Below are positions 21,301-29,690 of a DNA stretch of 64,000 nt, one piece after another. Every line of letters starts with the position of its first letter. Position 1 is the first letter of the stretch. This DNA is from an uncultured Gemmatimonadales bacterium (GTDB lineage Bacteria; Gemmatimonadota; Gemmatimonadetes; Gemmatimonadales; GWC2-71-9). The position numbers and the translations under genes were made by a program. The DNA lies in the NCBI GenBank assembly GCA_963695555.1, contig CAVOGR010000007.1:640001-704000 (forward strand). The letters are read 5' to 3'. Under the pieces are notes generated by a model. It was not told the origin of the DNA. It worked only from the letters and a program-made list of their open reading frames with translations, and did no database searches.

Positions 21301-21697
21301 GCGGTTGTGTTGCCGCCGTCACGGTCAACTCCTCGACCTGGAACGGTGTCGCCTCGAGCACGATGTCTTGGGTAACCGTCTGGCCGCCCAGGACTCGCAC
21401 GTTGGTCACCTGGGTCGACTTGTAACCGATAAAGCCGCCCTGCAAGGTGTACGTGCTCGCGGGAACATTGTTGATGAAGTAGTAGCCTTGAGGCGTTGTC
21501 TGGGCTTGGAAAGTCGTGCCCACGATAAATACCTGCGCATTCGCGATAGGTGCGCCAGCCTGATCTCGCACCCTGCCTTCGAGTTTCCCAGTCGTGCCCT
21601 GCGCCATGAGGGTCGAGGCCCCCAGCAGGGTCAGGACTGTCACGAGCACGCTCGCGCGGGCCCGTCGGACGAAGGCGCTCACACAACGTTGGGTCAT
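18377..21697 (-). CDS. TonB-dependent receptor with carboxypeptidase-regulatory-like N-domain
   Basis: AGGAGG RBS; TTGKLEGRV, SIRGGRSDE..YIDGVP, SAEFGNAQSGVI, SPHIQVAFPVTE; C-terminal RRLRLGFELNF. Confidence 0.9.
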   Translation of the reverse strand: MTQRCVSAFVRRARASVLVTVLTLLGASTLMAQGTTGKLEGRVRDQAGAPIANAQVFIVGTTFQAQTTPQGYYFINNVPASTYTLQGGFIGYKSTQVTNVRVLGGQTVTQDIVLEATPFQVEELTVTAATQPLVPRDEVTTKQRLGGNFGDKLPVDRIQNALALQAGVVASQGGGTLSIRGGRSDEAVIYIDGVPTTAGNRGTGFVMGSGNAGTDLVATNAFEEASITTGSSSAEFGNAQSGVISISTRTGGPAFTGSLGYGTDEMFGGTMPGQNFVNGSLAGPIAGGLTFFLGGQLEGFRSFTGGMDRDKFPIFVRAGVDTTVAVPSSFSAGADTTWVDVEQYAVYTGKVDDFANSTNAGIASNYGYDAKGIRRPATGATNWKLSGKLNYSFAGGSRISVTGLATQDQNRNDFDQSNPADAFATRNWNRNLTVNWTQNLSKSAERALALEVFGSYQTDRQIFSPLTRETERASYQPFGGFYIKPYEFLFDFDNFPLNDQLIENYRDNINGSRRSPFNLEERDQYNEIDNYRNNAEGRLGVSEGGGPQGRLQLFKEDRYIGKANLDWQLDRYNRIKLGGEYTKYDMFIYSHTLTSQAFSEVFKGEPVRWNAFIEDRLDLGDVVLVGGLRYDYYDSKAERPYLLDLDANSETFNEYVYFPRTSTYQGTASDGRELTIFRKDESHNYLSPHIQVAFPVTERTNFRLSYAHQVQTPDFGLILGGTNTDLAITNTNHVYGADLDFGRTITFEFGIRHSFNDDMVLDIAAYNKDNISNAAGRLVRLTDPAKNIKQDIRLMTNADFGNTKGIDLRLDRRFGNMFNGSVAYTFQDAKATGSDPRTYINFGSRIVQQVTGGNQPPPQAILPLNSSRPHNLAGSFALTFPNDWKEGTALGGILKNVGLFGTFRVASGTAYTRCPPESGNEATLSGAVCSREFEGDQNGARLPTFKQFDLRLTKGFQLRGLDVTVYADARNILNLENITQVFAATNDIRSAANEERIWRVDSSQWANEAIRNNVYDDASGVMDMSFGTGTPNQTGMCGNWTNQGGEPNAPNCIYIIRAEQRYGNGDGVFTLAEQRAASDASYLQGNGLHAFTGTPRRLRLGFELNF

Positions 21698-21901
21698 GGA
21701 AACGTCCTCCTACAAAGTGAAACGCAACAATCCACCAAAGAGCTTATGAAGCCAAACGCGTGCATCCCCCTTCCGACGCGTGCCGTCTTGGGGATGCGAC
21801 TGCGCTGCCCAGCGAAACCTGCGTGTGCTAGTAGAGAGCTCTAAACCAACTCGTTCTAAATATCCTCGGAAACGCCGGCCGCGGCCCGACCGACGCAGGC
21901 A

Positions 21902-21929
21902 ATATTACGCACGCCTTGGCCGCTGTCAA
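21902..21929 (-). promoter_or_regulatory. Sigma70-type promoter of the TBDR-PorV operon
   Basis: Minus strand TTGACA-16 nt-TAATAT, about 200 nt upstream of the ATG at 21697. Confidence 0.65.
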
Positions 21930-21930
21930 G

Positions 21931-21969
21931 GAACCGTCACAGAACCGTAACCAGTTGAAACGATTCAAC
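21931..21969. promoter_or_regulatory. Candidate operator sites abutting the -35 element
   Basis: Direct repeat GAACCGTCAC-A-GAACCGTAAC (11-bp period, 21931-21951) and inverted repeat GTTGAA-ACGA-TTCAAC (21954-21969). Confidence 0.45.
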
Positions 21970-22068
21970 ATGAATCCGCGACCGCCCGATTCCCGGCCGG
22001 TTCGGCCACCGGCATGGGACTGGGCGGACGCGCCAGTATAACCCGAGATCGAGGGCTTGGTAAGCCCC

Positions 22069-23250
22069 TCACCCGGCCGGGGTTATGAGCTCAACCTGGG
22101 GCCTGGCCGGAGTCACGACCGGGCCCGTAAGTGCCCAGTACATATTGATTTCGCTCCGCATACCGACATCGCCAGGCAGGTAGATTCCCGGTTCGATCGA
22201 AAAGCCCACCCCCGGCATGAGAAGGCGGTCGTCCAGTGTTTCGTAGCTGTCCAGGTGGGGACCCGATCCGTGGAGCTCCCGGTCGATGGAGTGCCCGGTC
22301 CGGTGGACGAAGGCCTCCCCGAAGCCCGCCGCCTCGATGACGGCGCGAGCGGCCTGATCCACCTGGTAGCCGGCCAGCGGCCGGCCCTCTGCTGCCGCGT
22401 CCATCACGGCGGCGATGCCCTGATCTCGGGCCTCCCGCACCGTACGCCAGATTCGCTGGATCCGCTCCGGAGGATTGGCGCCCGCGAAGCCCATCCAGGT
22501 CTGGTCGGCGAAAACGGTGGTCTTGGTCCGGCCGGCCCAGAGGTCGAGCAGCACCACGTCGCCGTCCCGGAGGGTCGCGTCCTTCCCTGCCATAGGCTCG
22601 TAATGAGGATTGGCACAATTGGCCCCGAAGGCCACGATCGGTAGGGTGTCGAGCTCGAGCCCCCCCGCCTCCATGGCCCGGATGACCTCCGCCTGCATGG
22701 CCGATTCGGTCAGCCCTTCATTAATAGAGGAAACCGCCTTTCTGATCGCATCCTGCGCAACCCGGGCCAGTACCTCCGCGGCAAAGGTGTGGTCCTCGAC
22801 CTCCGATGGCTGCCAGCGGGCGGCGAACCGGGTCACCAGCGGGGCCGACGAGACCACGGTCCCGCCCAGCTTGGTGATGAGTTGGACCACGCCGTGAGGG
22901 ACCCGGTCCAGGTAGGGAACGGCGTCCTCGGTGCTCACCTCCATCGCAATGGTACGGCCCGCCACCAGAGGCTCGAGCGCCTTGTGAAGCTCCTCCCAGC
23001 GGGCGTAGGGCACCACCTTCCCCGGGAACCCCTCGACCGGCTGGAGCTCGATCTTGTGGGCCACCGCCACGAAGTCGCCGGCGGCCGGCAGCAGCACGAA
23101 CAGGCGCCGGGTGGCCAGGCCGCCGGAAATTCCCAATACCCGGTTGGTGACGGGATTGATGCCGTGGAAATCGAACAGGAGCCAGGCGTCGGCGCCGATC
23201 TCTCGCAGGGTTTCGGCCAACTCGGCGCGGTCGAGCGTAACTGGACTCAT
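22069..23250 (-). CDS. Xaa-Pro aminopeptidase, M24 family
   Basis: ANPHYEP, LLDLW, FADQT, HRTGHSI, FSIEPGIY, RSE metal-ligand motifs. Confidence 0.9.
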   Translation of the reverse strand: MSPVTLDRAELAETLREIGADAWLLFDFHGINPVTNRVLGISGGLATRRLFVLLPAAGDFVAVAHKIELQPVEGFPGKVVPYARWEELHKALEPLVAGRTIAMEVSTEDAVPYLDRVPHGVVQLITKLGGTVVSSAPLVTRFAARWQPSEVEDHTFAAEVLARVAQDAIRKAVSSINEGLTESAMQAEVIRAMEAGGLELDTLPIVAFGANCANPHYEPMAGKDATLRDGDVVLLDLWAGRTKTTVFADQTWMGFAGANPPERIQRIWRTVREARDQGIAAVMDAAAEGRPLAGYQVDQAARAVIEAAGFGEAFVHRTGHSIDRELHGSGPHLDSYETLDDRLLMPGVGFSIEPGIYLPGDVGMRSEINMYWALTGPVVTPARPQVELITPAG

Positions 23251-23891
23251 GTAGTCTCCTCAGCCGCAAGGCTCCGCCAGCGACACTCCGGGTCGCCACG
23301 GCCGCAGCAGTTGTCGTGGACCAAGGCACCCTCGAACCCAGTGAGGAACCTCAGCAATTCGTGCAGCGCGGCGCCGTAAAAGGTGCAGGCACGTCCTCCG
23401 AAGCCAAGGGCGGGGGACGCGTCGGCCGCCATCTCCGCCTCCGCTCGGCCGGCACCGATGGTGAGCCGGGCGCCGAAGACGCGCCGCGAGAGCTTGGCGG
23501 CTCCTCGCGAGCCAACCCAAGACCTGACCACGTGCGGGGTGGCCCGACTGAGCACCCGGAAGGGCAGGCCCACCGATCGCGCGGCGTGTCGCGCGGCCCG
23601 CCGACCTGCGTCGGCCAGCACCAAGTCGGCGTCGGCCCGCCGGTCCACCAGCCGAAACACCGACGCCACCTCGTCGAACGGCACCCGCGCATCCCGGCGC
23701 GCCAACACTTGGTACCGCTCGATCTGACTGGCCACCGTGGAGCTCAACCCCAGTCGCTGCGTACGGGTCTCGTGGTTCGTCGCATCGACGCCGTCTTCCA
23801 CCGGACGGTCGAGACTACGCATGGCCTCGAGCAGGCTGAGAGGAAACACGGCATGCGCCGAATGGTTGGCAACGACCGGCCGATTGGTCAC
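23247..23891 (-). CDS. Hypothetical protein with V4R-like C-terminus
   Basis: C-terminal ACTFYGA..ELL..HDNCCGRGDPECRWR; ATGA overlap with the peptidase; GTG start chosen, uncertain. Confidence 0.6.
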   Translation of the reverse strand: MTNRPVVANHSAHAVFPLSLLEAMRSLDRPVEDGVDATNHETRTQRLGLSSTVASQIERYQVLARRDARVPFDEVASVFRLVDRRADADLVLADAGRRAARHAARSVGLPFRVLSRATPHVVRSWVGSRGAAKLSRRVFGARLTIGAGRAEAEMAADASPALGFGGRACTFYGAALHELLRFLTGFEGALVHDNCCGRGDPECRWRSLAAEETT

Positions 23892-23976
23892 AGGTGCAGA
23901 ACTTAGCGCTGCCCGGCCAGCCGGACCAGGCCGTCCACGCTTGCGGTGCGTGCGCTCCAAGGGAAACATTCCTCTC

Positions 23977-24543
23977 ATGACTCCGCCCGCCGAACTCACC
24001 GCCTCCTTCGAGGCCGAGGTGCTTCCTCACCTCGACACGCTGTACCGGGTCGCGCTCAGGTTGGCGGGCGACCACCATCGGGCGGAAGATCTGGTCCAGG
24101 ACACGATGCTGAAGGCCTTCCGCGCCTGGCATACCTACCGCCAGGGAACCAACGCGCGCGCCTGGCTGTTGACGATATTGCGAAACACGTTCATCAACGA
24201 GTACCGCAAGCAAGCCCGGGCGCCCACCCCGGTCGACTTCGAGGCCGCCGACCCCATGGCTATCTACCGGGCGGTCGCGGGGACCGACCCCGAAGGCAGC
24301 TTCTTCTCCCACATCATCGACGACCAGGTGTGGGCCGCGATCGACGCGCTCCCCGAGGAATTCCGGGAGGTTGTTGTCTTGAGCGACGTGGAGGAACTGC
24401 CGTATGGGGAAATCGCCGGCCTGCTGGGTATACCAGTTGGAACAGTGAAATCGCGACTTCATCGCGCGAGGCGCGTGCTGCAACAGGCGCTCTACCAGCA
24501 CGCCGTCGAGATGGGATACATCCGCGCCCGGGAGGATGCGTGA
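23977..24543 (+). CDS. ECF sigma-70 factor, SigR/SigH-like
   Basis: AEDLVQDT, GTNARAWLLTILRNTFINEYRK, YGEIA..LGIPVGTVKSRLHRAR. Confidence 0.92.
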   Translation: MTPPAELTASFEAEVLPHLDTLYRVALRLAGDHHRAEDLVQDTMLKAFRAWHTYRQGTNARAWLLTILRNTFINEYRKQARAPTPVDFEAADPMAIYRAVAGTDPEGSFFSHIIDDQVWAAIDALPEEFREVVVLSDVEELPYGEIAGLLGIPVGTVKSRLHRARRVLQQALYQHAVEMGYIRAREDA

Positions 24544-24794
24544 CGTTGGATATGGATTGCCGAAGCGCGGCGGAGGTGCTCCACGAATATCTCCGCCACG
24601 AATTGACACCCGAGATCGCGGAGCAGGTCCGGGCGCATATCGAGAAGTGCCGACACTGTCTCGATTCCGTGCACTTCGAGCAGAATTACTTGGCCCTGCT
24701 GGAAGCGAAGGCCAAGGCGCAGTGCTGCCCGGACGAGGTCCGCGAGCGAATTCTCGCCACCCTCCGGAGCGCGGCCCAGAGCGGGGAACCATAG
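24540..24794 (+). CDS. Zinc-binding anti-sigma factor (zf-HC2, RsrA-like), cytoplasmic
   Basis: GTGA overlap with the sigma gene; HIEKCRHC (HxxxCxxC) plus extra Cys; no transmembrane segment. Confidence 0.88.
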   Translation: MTLDMDCRSAAEVLHEYLRHELTPEIAEQVRAHIEKCRHCLDSVHFEQNYLALLEAKAKAQCCPDEVRERILATLRSAAQSGEP

Positions 24795-24803
24795 CACCTG
24801 GAC

Positions 24804-25052
24804 TTGGGCCCTGCGGTCCTCGTCGCGGCGGCACTGCGCCTGCTCGGCATGGCGACCGGTTCATTGCTGGGGGCGGTCGCGCAAGGGAAATTCCGGTGTG
24901 CCGCATGCCAACGTCCGAGCGAGCGGACCATCCATCAGTGCGGTATGCCTACCATTGTCGAGAAGGGATGGCGGTGGTTTTCAAACGACTTGGTCAGTTT
25001 CTGCGCCATCGGCATCGCAGCCTCCGTCGGCTGGGCGGTGTGGCTTTGGTGA
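24804..25052 (+). pseudogene. C-terminal fragment of a DUF92 (TMEM19-like) membrane protein
   Basis: SLLGAVAQGKFRCAAC..SERTIHQCG..T..KGWRWFSNDLVS matches the DUF92 C-terminus; no room for the N-terminal two-thirds. Confidence 0.55.
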
Positions 25053-25465
25053 GCCTGTCACTGCTCGCGCTTCTGGGCTGTGGCGCACACGACCGCGTCC
25101 CCACCGGCCCAGGTACCGCCTCGCCCACGCCGGGCGGACGCGGAACCCGCACCGGCGACACTCAGCTCCTGATCGGCACCTGGGAAAACATCCAGCTCAT
25201 CGCCGTTGTGGGTGACATCATCCGGGTCACCACCACCTGGGAGTTCCGGGCTGATGCAACGTGCCGCCACACCACCGTCCGATTGTCCCTCGCCGAGGGC
25301 GTGCCCCTCACCCAAGTTCGCGACTGCCGCTACCAAGTGCCGGGATCCGTGGTTCGCGTGACGTATGACGGCGCGCCCGAGAGTATCGACTTCGACTTCT
25401 CGCTCGCCAACTTCTCCCCCGATCGGCTCGTGCTCGGCGGCTTCGAGTTCGAGCGGCTTCACTGA
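24968..25465 (+). CDS. Hypothetical lipoprotein, lipocalin-like
   Basis: Lipobox LLGC followed by LIGTWE; start is ATG 24968 or GTG 25049. Confidence 0.6.
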   Translation: MAVVFKRLGQFLRHRHRSLRRLGGVALVSLSLLALLGCGAHDRVPTGPGTASPTPGGRGTRTGDTQLLIGTWENIQLIAVVGDIIRVTTTWEFRADATCRHTTVRLSLAEGVPLTQVRDCRYQVPGSVVRVTYDGAPESIDFDFSLANFSPDRLVLGGFEFERLH

Positions 25466-25485
25466 TCGGCCGACCCCAATCCACC

Positions 25486-26709
25486 ATGTCGCGCGCGCCT
25501 CTCCAAGTTGACGTGCTCGTGGTCGGCGCGGGCCCCGCGGGTTCGGCCACGGCCACGTGGCTGGCCGAAGCCGGGCGGCGCGTCGTGCTCATCGACCGGG
25601 CGCGGTTCCCGCGTGACAAGCCCTGTGCCGAGTACATGAGTCCGGAAACGCTGCGGTGGCTGGATCGCTTGGGAGTGTTAGGCGAACTCGAAGCCGCGGG
25701 CGGATGCCCGGTTGACGGCACGACCGTGGTAGGCCCGTACGGGGCGCGATTGAGCGGACGCTTCGCCGAGGCACACCCCCGGCCCTTTCGCAACACTGGG
25801 CTTGCGATCAGCCGCCGCATCTTGGACCACCGCCTGATCCTGCGCGCCGCGGCAGCGGGTGCAGTGGTGCACGAGGACACCAGCATGGTCGAGTTGCTGC
25901 ACACGGGCACGGCGGTATCGGGCGCCATGGTGCGGAAGGCCGGAGGCGAGCCGCAGCGGATCGACGCCCGGCTTACCGTCGGAGCGGACGGGCTCCGTTC
26001 CGTCGTGGCACGACGAATCGGGAAGCGGCGCTTCGGGCGCCCGCGTCGCCTTGCCTTCGTAGCCCATGTGGCCGGCGTTCGCGACATGGCCCAGGCGGCG
26101 GAGATGCACGTTGGCCGAGCGGGGTACGCCGGCCTCAATCCCATCGGCGCCGATCTCACCAATGTGGCGCTGGTTCTGCCCCAGCACCGTGCCCGGGCGG
26201 CCGGTGGCCGAGTGCGCGAATTCTTCTTTCAGGCGCTCGAGCAGGTTCCCGGCATTCGCGGGCGCCTCGAGCCGGACCGGCTGGCGCGTGACGTCTTGGT
26301 TACGGGGCCGTTCAGCGCCTGGTCGCAGCGCGTGGTGGCCGATGGGGTGATGCTGGTGGGCGATGCCGCCGATTTCTTCGATCCGTTCACCGGCGAGGGA
26401 ATCTGCGCCGCGCTCCATGGCGCGCGGCTCGCCGTCGAGACGGCACGCGAGGCCCTGACTCGGCCCGGCGTCGCGCAGGCGGCCGACCTCGAGCCCTACA
26501 CCCGCGCGCGTGCCGCGGCGTTTCGCGGCAAGTGGGCGATCGAACGACTGATCGGGCATGGTATGGCCGCGCCGCGCCTGTTCGACCGGGCAGTCGCGCG
26601 TATCGGCCGGCGGCCGCCCATGGCGCACACCATGATCGGCGTCACCGGAAACTTCGTACCGCCGCGCGCCGTCCTCAATCCTTGGTACCTCACCCGAATG
26701 GTGGTCTAG
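25486..26709 (+). CDS. NAD(P)/FAD-dependent oxidoreductase, geranylgeranyl-reductase/halogenase-like family
   Basis: VVGAGPAGS, FPRDKPCAE, GADG, LVGDAADFFDPFTGEGI. Confidence 0.88.
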   Translation: MSRAPLQVDVLVVGAGPAGSATATWLAEAGRRVVLIDRARFPRDKPCAEYMSPETLRWLDRLGVLGELEAAGGCPVDGTTVVGPYGARLSGRFAEAHPRPFRNTGLAISRRILDHRLILRAAAAGAVVHEDTSMVELLHTGTAVSGAMVRKAGGEPQRIDARLTVGADGLRSVVARRIGKRRFGRPRRLAFVAHVAGVRDMAQAAEMHVGRAGYAGLNPIGADLTNVALVLPQHRARAAGGRVREFFFQALEQVPGIRGRLEPDRLARDVLVTGPFSAWSQRVVADGVMLVGDAADFFDPFTGEGICAALHGARLAVETAREALTRPGVAQAADLEPYTRARAAAFRGKWAIERLIGHGMAAPRLFDRAVARIGRRPPMAHTMIGVTGNFVPPRAVLNPWYLTRMVV

Positions 26710-26712
26710 CTC

Positions 26713-27195
26713 ATGAGCGAGGTCGATCCGTCCCAGTTCCGCCAGCTTCTGGGCCGCTTCCCAACCGGCGTCGCGGTCGTGACGGCAAATGCCGGCGATG
26801 GAACGCCGGCCGGCATGACCGTGAACTCGCTCACGTCGGTGTCGCTGGTGCCACCACTCGTCTCCATCTGCGTGGATACCACCGCCGACATGCACCAGGT
26901 GCTGCACCAGACGGACCACTTCGTACTCAACCTGCTTGCTGCCGACCAGGAAATGATCTCCCGCCGGTTCGCGGGGCAGGACGCGAACCGGTTCGAAGGC
27001 ATCGGCTATCGGCTGAACGAGCACGGCCTGGTCGTGCTCGACGGCGTCATCGCCCATCTCGAGTGCGAGCGTCATGCGACATTCGAGGCCGGCGATCACA
27101 CCATCTTCGTCGCGCGGGTCACCGATGGCACGACGGCATCCGGCCGGCCACTGTTGTACTACCGGGGCGGCTACACCGCATTGTCCGACCAGTGA
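26713..27195 (+). CDS. Flavin reductase family protein
   Basis: FPTGVAVVT, GMTVNSLTSVSLVPP, GDHTIF, PLLYYRGGY. Confidence 0.92.
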   Translation: MSEVDPSQFRQLLGRFPTGVAVVTANAGDGTPAGMTVNSLTSVSLVPPLVSICVDTTADMHQVLHQTDHFVLNLLAADQEMISRRFAGQDANRFEGIGYRLNEHGLVVLDGVIAHLECERHATFEAGDHTIFVARVTDGTTASGRPLLYYRGGYTALSDQ

Positions 27196-27893
27196 CTACT
27201 GCTCCTGTGCGCGCAGCCAGCGGGACCGAACTGCTCGACGATCCATCAGCGGACCCCGCCATGGTTCGCACCAATCTCGAAGACCTCGCGCGAGCCAATC
27301 GGTGGTTCGGCGGCTGGGCGGCGGTGCGCTTCGGCTTGGCCACGACGCTCAGGGACCGCGTGGCGGGATCGCAGGTCTCACTGCTCGACGTGGGGCCGGG
27401 GGCCGCCGACCTGACAGCGGCTGCTCGACGCTGGGCAGAGCGCCGTGGGATTACCATCATCCCGATCGCCGTGGAGCAGAACCGCGCCGTGGCCCGGTTT
27501 GCCCATGCTCGGGAGCTCCCGGTCGCATGCGGCCGGGGCGGAACGATGCCGCTGGCCACCGACTCGGTGGACCTGGTCTTGGTGAGCCAAGTGGCCCATC
27601 ACCTGGAGCCGGATGGCGTGGTCGAGCTGCTCAAGGAATGTGATCGCGTTGCCCGGCACGCGGTGGTGGTTGCCGACCTCCGCCGCTCGGCGATGGCGCG
27701 TGCCGCATTCACACTCGGTAGCCGGCTGCTCGGCTTCCATCCCGTGACGGTGGCGGATGGTCTCACATCCATTCGCCGAGGGTACACCGCGTCGGAATTC
27801 CGGGAGCTCATGAGAATGGCAGGCCTCGAGGGAACTGTGACGCGGCGGCCGCTGTTCCGGCTGGTTGCCGTGTGGCATCCGAGGCGACCGTGA
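27192..27893 (+). CDS. SAM-dependent methyltransferase
   Basis: GTGA overlap; ELLDD..LARANRWFGG, LLDVGPGAAD, HHL, DLRRS, DGLTSIRRGY. Confidence 0.85.
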   Translation: MTTAPVRAASGTELLDDPSADPAMVRTNLEDLARANRWFGGWAAVRFGLATTLRDRVAGSQVSLLDVGPGAADLTAAARRWAERRGITIIPIAVEQNRAVARFAHARELPVACGRGGTMPLATDSVDLVLVSQVAHHLEPDGVVELLKECDRVARHAVVVADLRRSAMARAAFTLGSRLLGFHPVTVADGLTSIRRGYTASEFRELMRMAGLEGTVTRRPLFRLVAVWHPRRP

Positions 27894-28354
27894 TGCGAAC
27901 CCTCGATGCGAGAACCATCAGAGCACCGGCGGAGCGGGTGTTCGAGGTGGCGCAGGACGTGGAACGCTGGCCCGAGTTCTTGCCCCACTACCGCTGGGTG
28001 CGGGTTCGTGAGACCCGCCCCGACTGCCGAGTCGTGGAGATGGCGGCCTGGCGCCCGTTCGGCCTGTTCAAGTATCCCACGTGGTGGGTCTCGGAAATGT
28101 GGGTCGACCAACCACACCTTCAGGTGCGCTACCATCACGTCGACGGCATCACTCGCGGCATGTCCGTGCTGTGGTCGGTCGAGGCTTCGGGCTCGGAGAC
28201 CCGCGCTTCGATCGTGCATGAGTGGAACGGCCCTCCGTGGCCGTTGATTCGCCGGCCGGCGGCGGAGTGGGTCATCGGTCCGGTATTCATCCACGGCATC
28301 GCATCGCGCACCCTCGAGGGCATTGCCCGCTATGTCGAACATCGTGCGATCTAA
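27893..28354 (+). CDS. SRPBCC/START (polyketide cyclase-like) protein
   Basis: IRAPAERVFEVAQDVERWPEFLPHYR, GITRGMSVLW. Confidence 0.85.
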   Translation: MRTLDARTIRAPAERVFEVAQDVERWPEFLPHYRWVRVRETRPDCRVVEMAAWRPFGLFKYPTWWVSEMWVDQPHLQVRYHHVDGITRGMSVLWSVEASGSETRASIVHEWNGPPWPLIRRPAAEWVIGPVFIHGIASRTLEGIARYVEHRAI

Positions 28355-29592
28355 CGGCCGGAGGGTCGCCATCACCGGCATCGGCGCCATCACGCCGATC
28401 GGTGTCGGCGTCGAGGGGCTCTGGGAGGGTCTCCGCCGCCGGAAGTCCGCCGTTGGCCCTATCAGTCGATTCGATCCCGAGCCGTTCAAGTCGCGGATTG
28501 CCGCAGAAGTACCGGATTTCGTGGCGTCGGACTTCATGGAGCAACGCCGGGTGCGGCGACTAGATCGCTTTTCGCAGTTCGCCATTTCCGCAACCCGATT
28601 AGCGCTGGAAGACGCCGACGTGCATCCCGAACGCGAGGATCGCGACCGGGTCGGGCGTCATGATGGGCACGGCGCTGGGGGGCATCGCATTCGCCGAGGC
28701 GCAGCATCATCGATATGTCGAGCACGGCCTGCGCGGGGTGGATTCCGCCCTGGCGCTCATGGTGTTCCCCGGCGCGTCGAGCTGCAACATCGCGATCGAG
28801 TTCGGCTTCACGGGCCCCAATTCCACCAACGGGATGAGCTGCGCCTCGGGGACCATGGCAATCGGCGAGGCCTTCCGCTCTATCCGCCGGAATGACGCCG
28901 ACATCATGGTTGCGGGCGGTGCCGAGGCGCCGCTGGCCCCGCTCACGTTCGGGGCGTTCGCCATCATCCGCGCCATGTCCACCCGGAACGACGATCCCGA
29001 AACCGCCAGCCGCCCGTTCGACGCCGGTCGTGACGGCTTCGTGATGGCGGAAGGGGCCGTGACTCTCGTCCTGGAGGCGTGGGATCGCGCGGTGGCCCGG
29101 GGCGCTCCGGTGCTGGCCGAGGTGTGCGGCTTTGGCGTCACCAACGATGCCCATCACATGACCGCTCCGCGGCCCGATGGGTTACAAGCCGCCCGCGCGA
29201 TGCGGCTGTGCCTGGCCGAGGCGGGAGTCCAGCCGCATGAGGTAGGCTATATCAACGCCCATGGCTCGAGCACACCGCTCAACGATCCCACCGAGAGCGA
29301 TGCGATCAAGCAGGTCTTCGGGTCCCACGTGCCTCGCCTGCCCGTGAGCGGCACCAAGGGCTACTACGGCCACGCGCTTGGGGCGAGCGGGGCTATCGAG
29401 ACCGCCATTTGCGCGCTCGCGAGCCAGCGCGGCTGGCTGCCGCCCACCGTCAATCTCGAGACGGTCGGCGCCAGGTGCGACCTGGCGTTCGTCCCATCGG
29501 CAGGCCTGGAGGCGACGCCGGAGTACTTGCTCACCAACTCGTTCGGGTTTGGTGGCATCAACGCCGCCCTGCTGCTGCGCCGCGCGGAGTAG
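28332..29592 (+). CDS. fabF: Beta-ketoacyl-ACP synthase II-like ketosynthase, one +1 break at GGG 28653-28655
   Basis: RRVAITGIG, SCASG (Cys), INAHGSST (His), GHALGA (His), NSFGFGG; probably a paralogue rather than the core FAS copy. Confidence 0.85.
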
Positions 29593-29690
29593 CGCCATGA
29601 CCAGGACACCTTCCGCTCCCAGTGACCGGCCTCTACATTCGGCACCGACCGTTGCAGCCTGATTACCCGCTTCCATTACGAGGATAGCGC

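Noticed and set aside
21698..21895. Cobalamin or TPP riboswitch ahead of the TonB receptor
   Set aside because: No B12-box or TPP consensus visible; kept only as an unknown structured leader
28653..28655. Programmed frameshift or two-subunit KS-alpha/CLF split of the ketosynthase
   Set aside because: One extra G in a homopolymer restores a normal single FabF-like sequence; no slippery heptamer
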